From assembly GCF_006345805.1 (NCBI RefSeq), contig NC_043000.1:114204001-114268000 (forward strand): a DNA stretch of 64,000 bases. The letters run 5' to 3'. Below, in pieces: positions 12,257-26,323 of this stretch. Source of the stretch: Octopus sinensis (lineage: Eukaryota). A model generated the notes under the pieces. That model worked only from the letters and a program-made list of their open reading frames with translations. It ran no database searches and was not told the origin of the DNA. Position numbers and translations under genes: made by a program. The first letter of the stretch is position 1, and each line of letters opens with the position of its first letter.

Positions 12257-13852
12257 GAGTTACATTGTGGTGATGATGATAATGAATTATGTCAAACATT
12301 GAAGACCACGTGTTCATTCTCTCATTCGTTGAGATAGTACCAGGTTACAGAGCTTACTATACAGTAAACTATTACACATACAAACACTCATAAACACACA
12401 CACACACACACACACCTATACATACATACATATACTATGGCATTTCTGAAAAATAAATAACATGGCAGTTTTAGTAAATATACTTTTGAATGAAATACAA
12501 ATGCTCGTTAACAATTTAATATTAACAGAAACGTAGTACAGGTGAGCAGACACACCTCCGTAACCAAAGATATTCTTTTCTTGATCATTCATATTTCAAT
12601 AGGATATAACTCGGTTTAATAATTAAATATACATAAAACCCAGTTTGATAATGAAACATATACACTCATAATTAATATACAAAAACTCAGGTTCAATAAT
12701 GAAGTATACAAACTCAGCGTGATTAATAAAATATAAAATATTTCTCTGAAATTTAACTTTAAGAATTAGAAAATAAAGTGATAGGAGCAGTATTGATACC
12801 AAAAAGGTAATATTTATTCCCATTTAAAAGTGGATGTTGTGTTAGAACACAAAATACTGTGATATTTATCAAGAGAGAACCTCTATGGTTTGTGGTGCTT
12901 ACAAGCACTCTTATTTGTAATACTATTGGGAGACAATCACTGCCATCCCCACAGCCAGGACTACTAGATCATGTGATTTTGGCCTTCTTTGGACTTGTCA
13001 ATGAGGGATACTTGACAGCTGAAAATAGCAGTAACAGTCCCACTAGCGATATACACAGAATCACAGAACCCATTAGCGCACCACAAGTTCATATGAGAGA
13101 TTCTCTCATGGCAAATATAACAGCATTGCGTGTTCCAACACAACATCTACTTTTAAGTGGTGATAAATTTTACCTTTAAGAATTATAATTTAATTCAGTT
13201 TCCTACAGAACAAAACAAGAAAATTGACCCTGATAATAGAACTTTTACAATTTGTATTAAATCTCAAGAAAATAAACAAGGGAGAAAAAGTCGATAGATA
13301 CAAGGAAGAGAAAAAATATAGAAGAAAACAATATGACACTGGATTCCATCTACTGGTAAATACGGCAATAATATGAGATTTCCCAGTTCCTGTAAATCAG
13401 AGATTGAATATGAGATTTCAACAGCAAGAGAGGAGACGATACAAATACAGAACAGAAAGCAAATAGTTACTAATGGACTAACGACTATAATAAAAGCTAC
13501 CGATAGCTCCACAAACCACAATACTGGCCACAGACTCCAACAAAAGCAACAGCAAAAAACAACTGTACAGACAGGAGATTACACAAAAGGAAACAACAAA
13601 AGAAACAAGAAAAGTAATAACAATAATAATAATAATAATGATAATCAACTACAACTACAGGAGAATGTTCACAAATATCGGAATAAAGTGCAACAGATAA
13701 CAGAGAAAATCTGGAAAGGAGAAAAAATAGACAGAGAACAATTCTTACAGAAAAGACATGGAGATTTTTCCAAAACTGACCTGTTTTCTGTATAGACATT
13801 TACATAGAAATAATATAGAAAATAAATGTTAAGTGCATACTATGTATAGCTT

Positions 13853-13888
<36 letters not shown>

Positions 13889-14283
13889 AATATACATGTG
13901 TGTCATCTACCAATGTATATTGGCAAAATATATAAACAGTGGCTAGAAAGCCCCAAAAAACAAAAAAAAACTGATGCTTTACAAATGAACTCCCTTGGGA
14001 TATTTGTTCTGTAGTGTGTTACAGACACTCCTATGTCTCTCTCACCATCAGTGAACCAATGAGTGGTAAGCTGGAAAACAGTAACAAATGATGCTACTGT
14101 TCCATTCATATAACATAAGATAATATAATATGCCACACAATCCAATATCTGAAGTGTGAAATTGCAATTTGAAGGTTGCACCCTTGATATGGTGAAATAT
14201 GAAGTGTCTTCATTTAGATCCTCTTCAACGACATGAATGAATGAATGGATGGATGGATGTGAGTATACACATACACACACAAT

Positions 14284-14455
14284 CATCATCATTTAATATC
14301 CATTTTCCATGCTGGCATGGGTTGGATGGTTTGACAGGAGCTGGCACCAAGCTCCACAGTCTGTTTTGGCATAGTCTTTACAGCTGAATGCCCTGCCTGA
14401 TGCCAGCCACTTTACACAGTAGAATGAGTATTTTTATGTGGCACCAGCACTGGCA
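14284..14455 (-). mobile_element. RTE 3'-end copy
   Basis: catcatcatttaa..ttttccatgctggcatgggttgga, the reverse complement of the family 3' end. Confidence 0.7.
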
Positions 14456-16892
14456 AGGTCTGTTTTGGTATGGTTTTCACCCAACAAATTGCCACATTTT
14501 TGCCATTAAATGGAACCTAAACCAAAACACTTCATATTTCACTGTATTGAGGATGCAACCTTCAAATATATTTACACATAATCACAATAAGAGGCAATGT
14601 TAAGCCAGCCTCCATTAAAATATCACACACACACCCCTCATTTGTTAACGTATTATTTCATACTTACAATAAATCCCCACCAAAAATAATTAATAGGTAA
14701 ATAAAAATCACTCAGAAAGGTAATAAATAAAAACTTAAAATCCTTGCAAAAAAGCAACATTTAACAAATAAGGGATTTAGGTATAAAAACTTATTGTGTC
14801 TGTCCAAAGGTCTCAAACAAGTTGTTCCTATGATCACAGTATTATTAACCTCATCTTTACACCTCAACTTTATGCTGTATATTCACAACACACAACAGGC
14901 TTTAATTAACATAATTAGTCTTATTTCTTTCTGAAAACAGATATTACTGGCCTTAGTTTAGAAATAATGACTCAAGTTTGAAGCCATTCTGAGATAAGGA
15001 CCATATACACATCCAGTAAGAGGCTAGCTTGACCCTTTTGTTACCATATTTCTATTGAGACACTCTGTGTTTCTTTCAACTAATTTTAAATATAACAAAG
15101 ACTTAGTTATCATTAAACTAGTGTTAGGAACAAATTGTGACTAAGGTTCGGTGGAAGATTTTTTAATTTCCCCTAGCAATGAACAACAACGCTTGTATGA
15201 TGGTGATCCCAATTTACAGGCAACACATGGTGTGAAGACAAGGGTACACACGATATATATAGGGTAAAAAAACAAAAACAATTCAGTCATGAATGACCAT
15301 GGGATTATAACTAAAAGGTTACCCAATGAGGTACACAAGTCCAAGCATAGTTGTTTATGGAAGACCAGCAGTTGTCCATGCATACCAGCCTCCTTTCTCC
15401 GCACCACAAATGTTATCCAAGGGAAAGGCAAAGAGGCCAATACAGCTTGGCACCAGTGATGTCAAAACTCATTTCTACAGTTGAGTAAACTGGAGCCATG
15501 TGAAATAAAGAGTCTTGCTCAAGGACACAACACACAGCCCAGTCCAGGAATCAAGTTCATAAACCCCACAATGGTAAGCACGACTGTGTGCATCTGCACA
15601 TGCACAATGAGTTTCTTTCAGTTCCAACTATCAAATCCATTCGCAAGACCGGTCAGTCACTATGCCCATGCCTAGACATACCTAGAAATAAACATTTGCT
15701 GACGAATACTAGAGACCCAAACGACTGCTACGGAGTGAAGATGTAAATTCTGTTAATTTGTGTTGCAAAGAACAGGTTGATGGCTGTTGTGTCGGTTTAG
15801 TTTGAAATACCCCTTCCATGTCATCCACCAAGGACAAATGTGACAACAGTTCTAAATTCTACCAGGCATGGAAGCAGCTAGGTGAGATGTATTACTGCTA
15901 GAAAATGGCAAGTGGTGAAACATGCTCAATGTTGGTGCAATAACAATGCCAGTGCAGGAATTAACCAAAACAATACATTTTAAATGAAGCTAAACGTGAC
16001 ATTGTAACAATAGCATGTTACTGATGGGTGGTGAGGTTGCCATTTCTTGACAACAGGAATGGTAATGTGGTGATGGGGGTGGAGCAGGGTTGGTTGGAGG
16101 AGGTGGGTGGGGGAGCTAAGAAGGTGACTGGGTGTTGGTGGGGGAGCTAAGAAGGTGACTGGGTGTGGATGGAGAAAGATTGGCTAAGAGGATGCAAGAT
16201 TAGAAAGGTAAACCAGTTAACGTTTACTAGATACTACAGAGGTGCATTTATTTAATTGCAACTGGCAACAAAGTGCAGTGGCTGTAATGAATGAGGAAGG
16301 AGAGAGAGAGGCGGGTAAGTGGTGGAGAGGGAGGAAACAAAGTGGGATGGAAAGTGGGGTGGAGAGATGAGGGGAAACATGAGAGAAGGGATTTTAGAGA
16401 ATCAGAGAGAGGGTAATAAAGGAAACAAGATACTTGAACAATTAAAATCCTAACAGTATTACTTTACCTGAAGGTGGGCAGCTTTTTTTTTTTTTTATAT
16501 TTTTGTCTAGAACCTTCTATTCTTTGAAATTGGAAAGAAACTTTGCAGTTATCACCATCACACCCCTAGCTATCTCAACTACCCTCACTTAACCCCCCAC
16601 CACCATTAAAAACATGAACCAGTCCTTCTTGGCAGATATCCATCCCTCTGGGACTCTTGTCATACCATCTGTCTTTTCATTTAATAATAAACCAAATTAA
16701 TTTCAAAGCACACAACAACCTCACTGTAGATGGGGTCATGATACGGGGGCCCTGAGCAAAGTGTATCCTCTTAGACTGTTGCTACAGTACCGTTTATGAT
16801 AATCAAGGGTGCGATGTTGTGCTTAGGATTCATAACAAGGTGAACATCGACACTGATTTGCGAAACAAACACCATTAAATAAAAGCTTGTTA

Positions 16893-17262
16893 TGGGAGTG
16901 GCTGTGTGGTAAGTAGCTTGCTTGCTTACCACATGATTTCAGGTTCAGTCCCACTGCATGGTACTTTGGCCAAGTGTCTTCTGCTAAAAACTGGGACCAA
17001 CCAAAGCCTTGTGAATGAATTTGGCCGATGGAAACTGAAAGAAGCCCATTGTGCATGTGTGTGTGTTTGTGCCCACCACTACTGCTTGACAACCAATGCT
17101 GGTGTGTCTACATACCCGTAATCTAGCATTTCGGCAAAAGAGATTGATAGAATAAGTACTAGGCTTACAAAGAATAAGTCCTGGTGGGGTCGATTTGTTT
17201 GACTAAAGGCAGTGCTTCAGCATGGTCGCAGTCAAGTGACAGAGACAAGTAAAAGAACAAAA
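16893..17262 (+). mobile_element. SINE family A
   Basis: Colinear with 43997-44385. Confidence 0.8.
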
Positions 17263-17974
17263 GAATACTGTATGTGAGTGTGCACATGTGTGTCCATGTA
17301 CAAACATGTTCGAAATAAAGTGATGAAAGAAAAAAGGAAACTCTGCCCTGTTTGTTGGGGTAAAAGTTGATTCCAATAAAACATGCAGTTTGTTTTCAAG
17401 AAAACTTTGTAAAGATAGAATCAACGGAATTCTGAGGAGATAAAGCAGCAGCAGCAGTGATATCCATCTTGTTGTATTATTTGTCTTGGAGGGAATCAGA
17501 TAATCAGATGTTTCAACAGTGTTTAGTATAAAACGGGATGAATACTTCCATGGCGAACTGCCACCACCAACATCACTACAATGATGAAATTTTCCTCTAT
17601 GTGGCCAGTCAACCTGCTAGAAATAGCAGCCATATCTAGCAAATTACACTCTACTGCTTTATCCCAGTAGGTAATGTAGGCCATGATGGTTATGTCTGGA
17701 ACACGTTTCGTCCTACATCAACCAGATTGGTTAAAAAACAATAACCAGCGGTCAGTATAATAACAAAAGGAAGTGAGTAGTTACATAATGAACTGAGGTA
17801 ATTAAATTAGCTGTAATTAAATGTAAAGATACATAAGCAACAGTGCCTTGTGGGTAATTGTAAACAGCTGGCAAGTTTGGGGGCTGAATTTCAGGTTCAC
17901 TTCCCAGGAAAACTATTTCATACAGGATTTAGACCACTGGATTTCCATCCAATTGTCAACAATCACAGTGATTC

Positions 17975-18280
17975 CAGCCAATTATGAAGGTGAATACAGC
18001 CGATAAATCAAGGTGACTCCAGCTGATAGAATAAGGTGACCTCAGCTGATAGATCAAGGTGAATCCAACCGATAGATCAAGGTGACTCCAGCCGATAGAT
18101 CAAGGTGACTCCAGCCGATAGATCAAGGGGAATCCGACCAGTAAATCAAGATGACTCCAGCCACTAAATCAAGGTGAGTCCGGCCAGTAAATCAAGATGA
18201 CTCCAGCCAGTAAATCAAGGTGACTCCGGTCAATAATCAGGGTGAATCCAGCTGATAACTGAGGTGACCCCAGCTTATAG
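17975..18280. repeat. 23-bp minisatellite, about 13 units (GATAGATCAAGGTGACTCCAGCC)
   Basis: Exact adjacent copies at 18071-18116. Confidence 0.92.
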
Positions 18281-19021
18281 TCAAACTGCCATACCTTTGA
18301 TCTTGACATACAATACAAAACTAAAACATTCAATAATAAATTTTTACCTGGGCATAAAGCCAGAAGGTAAGTTAATGATATGAACCCCAGAACTTGACTG
18401 GCACTTTGTTTTATCAAACTCTGGGAAGATGAAAGGCAAAGTTGGCCACAGTAAGATTTAAACTCAGGACATAAAGCGGCAGAACAAATGGTGATGCTCT
18501 TACAATTCTGCTAATGAAGCACCCTTTTAATAATTGTCTCGAAGACAGGTACATGGCCTGAAATATTAAAGAGGGAGGTTAATTTATTAAAGTGACCCCA
18601 GGACTTGAGAGGTGTTTTGTTTTATGAAACCCAGAACAAAGTTGACTGCAGCATGCTTTGAACTCTGATAAAATAAAATCTGCCAATTCAACCCCAGAAT
18701 GACAACAACATAACTAATAATAATTAGTATGGTTCCTCATAGATGCAATACCATAAATTTGAAAGGCTGCAAACAGTGGGTTGTACTGACCATGGTATAT
18801 GACTGGTATTTTATGGATTGGTTGACTGAAATACTAATATTGCCGATAGAGTAGTCTGGTATAGATGTGCTCAGTGATGATGACTTAAATAATAGACGAC
18901 AACAATGGTCTTCAAAATGGTAACACTAGACTCTGCAGCATCATATCAAAATATAACCATCCTCTTGGCAATAATTACAGTTTCCATGAAATCAATATCA
19001 ATAAAACAGTCACTCCATCAC

Positions 19022-19062
<41 letters not shown>

Positions 19063-20574
19063 ACAGACATAGATATCATTGCTATTATGCAAAAGTGTCA
19101 TAAGTACAAAACGTTGCTCTTTTTTTAGAAAACGAAAAAATAGTTTCACCATTCCATAGCAACACCGTTGTACTACACTTTGACAATTTTTGATATCTTT
19201 GCATCTGAAGCAGCTGGAGATACGACAGTTTGACCCATGGGGGGGGGAGTCTTGCTGGGAGGCCTTCATCTGCAGGGCAAACATGGTTGAAGGCTTTACT
19301 AAATGTCTTAGACAATAACATTAATTTGGCCAAACTTATGTAAAGTAAGAGCCTACTAGAATGTGCATGTGTGTACACACATACATACACACACACACAT
19401 GTACATATCTATTGATATATATATATATATACATATATATTAATATTATTACTATTATTAATGTTACTATTTTACTTAGGTAGAGCAATACTAAACAACC
19501 TGGTGTTAGAGCTCATTATACATATGCTTCTGTAAAAAGCATCAGTCAAGTACAGAGAAGTAACAGGAAATTGAATAAATGACAAAGGAATAAGAGGTTA
19601 TGTCAGAAACCTCACTAGCTTACAGTTGTTTCTGCTATAGGATGCAATGCACTCATAGTTGGGTGCTTGTGTATCACTCTATAGATTCATCAGAGCTTCA
19701 AAAATAAAGTATCATATATATAAATATGACAGTGACGAATCACTACATCTACACTCTACTATGAAGTGCTGTTACACATATTTTTACATTGTAACATGCA
19801 CATATAATAACCACACATATACGACACACACTCCGGCTTCCAGTCAATGGACAGAAACCATATTAGGCACCACCGAGTGTTTGTGGGGAGGAGGCAGTAT
19901 ATGTACGTGTGTGTGTGTGTGTATACACACACACACAAACATAACAGAAGGGCGTTGGCCCCATGCTTATAAGTTACAAATGCTGATCATACTGTCCTGG
20001 AACATAGCATATTCCTATCAAGGCTTGCTCCAGTTTGTTTGAATAGGAATGGAGGAATGCTTCTCCTTTCACATATTTGGATGGTGAGGGAGAGATGGGT
20101 ACATCCATCTACCTGTAAAAAAAAAGATAAACAATTTCCCCTAACAACAACAATTCAAGCCATGCGTGACTTTGGAAAACTTATCCCCCCCAAATTTTCT
20201 TAAACTTTTTTATTCCCACCTAAAACAACATTTTGCTTTTCGTCATCTTATCTTACAACACAATCAATGTTTCTGTCGTTAGAAGACAGGGGTTAGTCTT
20301 TTACCTGACGGTGGTGATGACATCAAAGGAGACAGCCCATTCATCACACCTTAAAGGGCTGCTGAATTGTTGTTGGCAGTGGGGCTCATTTCTGCACCCA
20401 TCAATTAATTAAAACAATCAATGCAGTATGTGGGTAGTCTCTTAATTGTAGTGCTGAGATTGAGTAACCCTTCACCCCATTAGTCTCTCTCTCTCTCTCA
20501 CATACACACACATACATATACACAAACATTTTACATACAAATAAGTATGTATACATGTCTATGTATATACAGTC

Positions 20575-20905
20575 AGAATGTGGTTCCCGTGCTGGTGGCA
20601 CGTAAAAAGCTCCATCTGAACGTAGTCGATGCCAGATCCGGCTAACTGGCTCCTGTACCAGTGGCATGTAAAAAGCACCATTCGAACATGATCGATGCCA
20701 GGCCCGCCTGACTGGCTCTCGTGCCGGTGGCACATAAAAAGCACCCAGTACACTCTCGGAGTGGTTGGCATTAAGAAGGGCATCCAGATGTAGAAACATT
20801 GCCAGATCAGATTGGAGCCTGGTGCAGCCTTCTGGCTCTCCAGACCTCAGTCAAACCAGCAAACCCATGGCTGCATGGAAAACGGACGTTAAATGATGAT
20901 GAAGG
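20575..20905 (+). mobile_element. RTE 3'-end copy with internal subrepeats
   Basis: Same family motifs and (GAT)n tail. Confidence 0.8.
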
Positions 20906-21699
20906 TGAGAGCTAAAGATGCTCAATATAGAAAACATGTAGTAGTGTTCAAATGATAAACTGCAGAATCTTTATTGAGTACTAAGTCCAGCAGGTAAAGA
21001 TAGGCTATGAGAGAAACCAAGGTGAGCTGATATGGAGATAGTGATGTCGATAAACAGCATTAGGTGTGATACATATGTACATTTATACATATACATACAT
21101 GTGTATACACTCATTATAAATGTGAGTGTATATGTATATACATATGTATGCACTTGCATATAGATTTACATACATATGTTCATATACATGTATGCTTGCT
21201 TTGATTTTGTATTGAAAAATAAGTTTTTTTCTAAGAAATGTCAAATGTCAATGAGCCAATTAATAAATATCCGCTGAGGAATTAGCCTTCAGATCAGGGG
21301 ATTCTCAACCAATTTCTATCGATGGACTCCCTTTGATTACTATTTTATTCTGGTGGACCCCCATAGCCATTCGATATTTAAAACAGATGATGATTTAAAA
21401 CTTCTTAATATATAAGAGAGGGGGTAATTAACCAGGGGGGGTGGTTAGTTGTTGTAGAGGGGAATTGTCCTGATTATGACTGTTTACAGCATATTTACAT
21501 CTGAGTTTACACACACACACTTGAAAGCTACTACACCAGAAAGGCTGATATACTTCCATTTATTGGTTTCAATGCTACTACTACTACTACTACAACTACT
21601 AATGCTATTGATAGAGTGCTTTAATGTTAGAGGGGAAAAGTGTTCAACTTTCTGATGTCAAGGACAAAAATTGTAAAAACAATTCCTACTCAACTATAT

Positions 21700-21840
21700 G
21701 CTATATATATATATAATAATAATAATATAAATAATATATAAATATATGCATATATACATACATATATGTACATACCTACATATATATGTATATATACATG
21801 CATATATATATATATATACATGCATATATATATATATACA

Positions 21841-21883
<43 letters not shown>

Positions 21884-21930
21884 CTGCATATCTTTTACAT
21901 ATGTTTAATATATATACACATATACATATT
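21700..21930. repeat. (AT)n/(ATAC)n compound microsatellite, representative of many
   Basis: Read directly. Comparable tracts lie near 1050, 11570, 23180, 25180, 26090, 27816, 34030, 42690 and 49830. Confidence 0.9.
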
Positions 21931-22514
21931 TATGTGAAATCCCTGTGAAAACTGTACCCCACCCAAATTAAAATAAGACGAATGTGGAAAGTTGTGAGGA
22001 AGCAGGGATAATTTCTTCATGACACAGATTGATAAACCAGACAAAGTAAATATTTATTTCCAACTTTCAGGGTTTCATTTGATGTAAGGATCAGCTGTGG
22101 GGCTGGTTATGTGAACCCTAGCAATCCATGGGTCAGGTAATTCATACTTTGACAATTCAAGTATTTCACCTCTGCATCTCCTCAGCAACTGGTACTATGT
22201 CAGCAAATGTACCATCAAAAATAAAAATCTTGAGTTGTGGGTTTTGTAAGGGCTTGCTTCATTTTCAAGCACTATTTATCCTGATTGATGGTGCTATGTA
22301 GGGCAAACTAGTCCAACATGAACTACATTTTTCCAGGTTAAACTTCTAAAACAACCTGAACTCAATTACAACTTCAAAGTACTGACGGACTTCAACTGAT
22401 GAGTAGCTGGGCAACCTATTTAAATGAGGAGCACCTTTTTACAGCGAGGCGTGTTGTTGCTCAGGCCTCAAGAGTTAAATTGTCTCAGTTACAGGAACAA
22501 CATAATACCTATTT

Positions 22515-22730
22515 CTTTACTACCCACAAGGGGACAAACAAGGACAGACAAACGGATTAAGTCAATTACATCGACCCCAGTACATAACTGGTACTTAATT
22601 TATCGACCCCGAAAGGATGAAAGGCTAAGTCGACCTTGGCGGAATTTGAACTCAGAACGTAGCAGCAGATGAAATACTGCTAAGCATTTCGCCCGGCGTG
22701 CTAACGTTTCTGCCAGCTCGCCGCCTTCAG
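22515..22730 (-). mobile_element. SINE family B
   Basis: Reverse-complement copy. Confidence 0.8.
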
Positions 22731-23173
22731 GAACAACATAATACCATGACACAAACATCCTACGCCCCCAAAAGACTAACAGTTCTTATAATCCACTTCT
22801 CTTCATTAGCTTTTTCTTCTTTTTTTTTAATCAACTCCAAAAGGATCAAAGAAAAAGTTGACCTACATGATATATAGTCTGTAACATCTAGGTTAACTAA
22901 CATAGGAGAAGAAGATAATTTGAGGACTACAGAATATCGTAAGGTAATAATAATATATACGATGAATTAATACAGTGTATGAAAATAATAATAATACACA
23001 GGGCGAAACTATGACAACAACAATGGCAAAATTTTACTTTTTATATCAGTCTTTCCCATCAAATATGTTCTGGAAAAAGAGGAAGTATTTTTTTTTTATT
23101 CCTTTTTTTTTTTAATCACATAAAGCTTTTCCTTTGCATGAAAACAGCATTTGTTATGTATACATAGATACAT

Positions 23174-23267
<94 letters not shown>

Positions 23268-23268
<1 letters not shown>

Positions 23269-23321
23269 ATGATAAAATGTAATAACAAAATAATGAGAAC
23301 TCGATATTAGATAAATAGAGG

Positions 23322-23356
<35 letters not shown>

Positions 23357-23726
23357 ACACACACACACACACACACATACATATGTTATAATTTAGAACA
23401 AACAGTAAAAGGTTATCATTATAGTACTCAGAGTTTTAAATGTCGGAGCAAAGAGCTACGATACAGTCTCGTCGGCTATTACTGTATCGTAGCTCTTTGC
23501 TCCGACATTTAAAACTCCGAGTACTTATAATGACAACCTTTTACTGTCTGTTCTAAATTTCACCATGATAGATCGGCAGCCACTACACATATTTTTTTTC
23601 TCTCCTTGTTTTTTCTGTGTCCCTTTCTGTAGAAGAGCGTAGGCTCAAAACATAAAAGACTTTTTCAATTCATCTGTTTGTTTTGTACACCACCCGTCTT
23701 CGTCTTTTGCTTTTTTCGTGAACTCT

Positions 23727-23775
<49 letters not shown>

Positions 23776-23840
23776 ATATCAATAATCCTCTATTTATCTA
23801 ATATCGAGGTCTCATTCTTTTGTTGTTACTTTTTATCATT
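23268..23840. repeat. Outer 59-bp inverted repeat enclosing the hairpin
   Basis: 23268-23326 is the near reverse complement of 23782-23840, with (AT)n tracts beside each arm. Confidence 0.85.
23390..23559. repeat. Long inverted repeat (78/79-bp arms, 13-nt loop)
   Basis: Arms 23390-23467 and 23481-23559 differ by three substitutions and one indel. Confidence 0.95.
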
Positions 23841-25187
23841 ATTATTATATATATAAATATATATGTGTTTGTATGTATGTAAATATGCATGCATACATTG
23901 CTAAAGTTCCATGCCATTATCTCACTGTTCTCATGTGAAGATTGCAGTGACATGAAACTAGAATAAACAAGATTAAACATAACAGCCTCAATAAACCATA
24001 AACACTGTAACATACATAGAACGCTTATCGATTTGCTACAATTCAACCTCTGAACATACACAATCCATTCTTATATATATATCACAAACTGAGGCTTCAG
24101 TTCCTGCAACAAATACTACTTCTATGGAAATGTCCAACAGGTCACTGAAATTAAAAACAGAGAAAAAGAAACGGAAAAAAACAAGAGAAACGAAAAGCTG
24201 ATCACAAGGAACAAAAATAAAACACAATGAAAGAAGGAAAGAGAGACAAGTGCTGACTGAATGAGTGACTGACTGACTTCAGCTGCAAGTGTTGTTAAAC
24301 CAAAGATAGGTGACACCTCTGAAAGCTGCTGCTGTACAAATAACACTGAATACACACACATATATATATATTATATGAAATGAAGAATTCTATAACCTCT
24401 GTAACAATGGCCAGGAAAGAAACAGAAAAAGATGTGGGGATAAAATTATAAGAATTAATACTAATTTAGATACTTTAAATTAAAGAAAAAGAAGGGAAAA
24501 AAAACCAAGAAGGTTTTTTTTTCAAACTTGAAAGAAATTTATTTGAAGATTATTTTCAGTAGATTTCGTTTGTGAGCTTTTAATTATATTTATTTAAAAT
24601 ATGTTCATTTTCTACTATCCTTTTGTCGTGTGATGAAGAAAAAATAGCAAACCAGATTTTTCTCCTGTTCAGAAATTTTACCATCCAACAAACAAATGTT
24701 TAAATTTCAAAAAGATGACAAAATATTTTACTTGAAATTTGAATATACAAAGCTACACTCTGTTATATGTCCAAAGAATTAAAAAAAAAAAAGAAGAAAA
24801 AATAACCGAAAAAATTGGCAGGAATTTCTAAAACCTGCTTGAAGGTTTGCAAACTCAAAGGAATTAAATTTGGGCTTTTTTTCAAAAGATGCATGTCATT
24901 TTTTTTTTCTTTTCTACTTTCTGGGAGCTCAAACACCCTCAACTCTTGATATTACTAAAAAAAAAAAAAAAAACATGTCCCTCTTTGTTGTGAGGGGGGT
25001 AAAAAAAAAAAAAGGTTTGAAATTGCTTCCTCACCTGCCTCTCTTCAGATGTTTAAATGTATAGGGTGAAACACCTTATAGAGAGTAGGGAAATAAGGGG
25101 CGGGCTAGAGGGGGAACTGGGGACAAAGAGGAGATAGGAAAGATCATCTACACACACATATACACAATAAATAACATATATATATAC

Positions 25188-25255
<68 letters not shown>

Positions 25256-26279
25256 GATGGAGCAGAAGGGATGCGAGATGAGCAGCTATCGTTATTACAT
25301 CATAACCCAACCAACAGAACCTTAAACATGGAGGAGGAGGGGTTCCAATGAAGGAAGGGTGGAGGATGTCAAAAGCTAAAGAGATTGAAAATATTAAGAG
25401 GAGGAGGGGGTGTAGGAGTACAGGGTGGATTAGAATGGTTAAGAAAAGGCACTCTTGAGAAACAGGTACGAGATGCATACATCAATATATACATACATAG
25501 AGAGAGAAAGAGAGAAAGAGATAGGGAGAAAGAGAGAGAGTCATACATGTACACAGACAGGCACACATGTACATGACATGCATGGGTGTGTGTGTGTGAG
25601 TGTGTGTGCGTGCGTGGTGTGTGTGGGTGTGTGTGTGGTGTGTAGAGGATGATTCAGAAGTTCGGTTAGCATTTCAATACCGTATATCATTTAAATGGTA
25701 AAGGGTTTATTTATTTATATATTTCTCTCACCTCACAGACACACACACGCACACACACACACACACACACAGTATTGAGTGGGGTTTGAAGGTAAAACAA
25801 CTGGAAGCTAAGACAATCGACCGAGTATAAATGCATGTAGTACGTCTTGGAGAGACTAGGAAGGTGAGAAAGCAAGGACGGAGGGAAGGAAGGTAGGAAT
25901 GAAGGAAGGTAGGTAGGTTGGTAGGTAGATGGAGAAGGAATGAGAAGAATGTTATTTTGAGGTTATAGATGAGAGAGGGAGAACAAGTAAAATAGATGAC
26001 TCTACAACATTAAGACATGCATATTTAATTATAAGTATACACAAGTATACACATCTGTCACTTATAGTTGTGTATGCTTAGAGTAAACAGATATACATAT
26101 ATACATATATATATACATATATATATACACATATATATATAACACTCACACAACAACAGCTGTGAAGAGAATATAATGTAAAAACACAAAAGGAGTAAAT
26201 CAGTATGTACATGTGTACATATACATACATATGTGTATATATATATATATATGCATATATATATATGCATATATATATA

Positions 26280-26323
<44 letters not shown>

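Noticed and set aside
12859-13179. 106-aa plus-strand ORF in unique DNA
   Set aside because: GTG start and no homology that I recognise; the minus-strand acceptor there meets stops in all three frames.
13373-13795. 140-aa plus-strand ORF
   Set aside because: Low-complexity A-rich and (AAT)n-derived sequence with no recognisable motif.
20305-20349. 45-nt minus-strand exon-like segment with a CAG|GTAAAA donor (VMNGLSPLMSSPPS)
   Set aside because: It is open only as phase 1/1, whereas the host intron is phase 0 (GTG TGA gives a stop).
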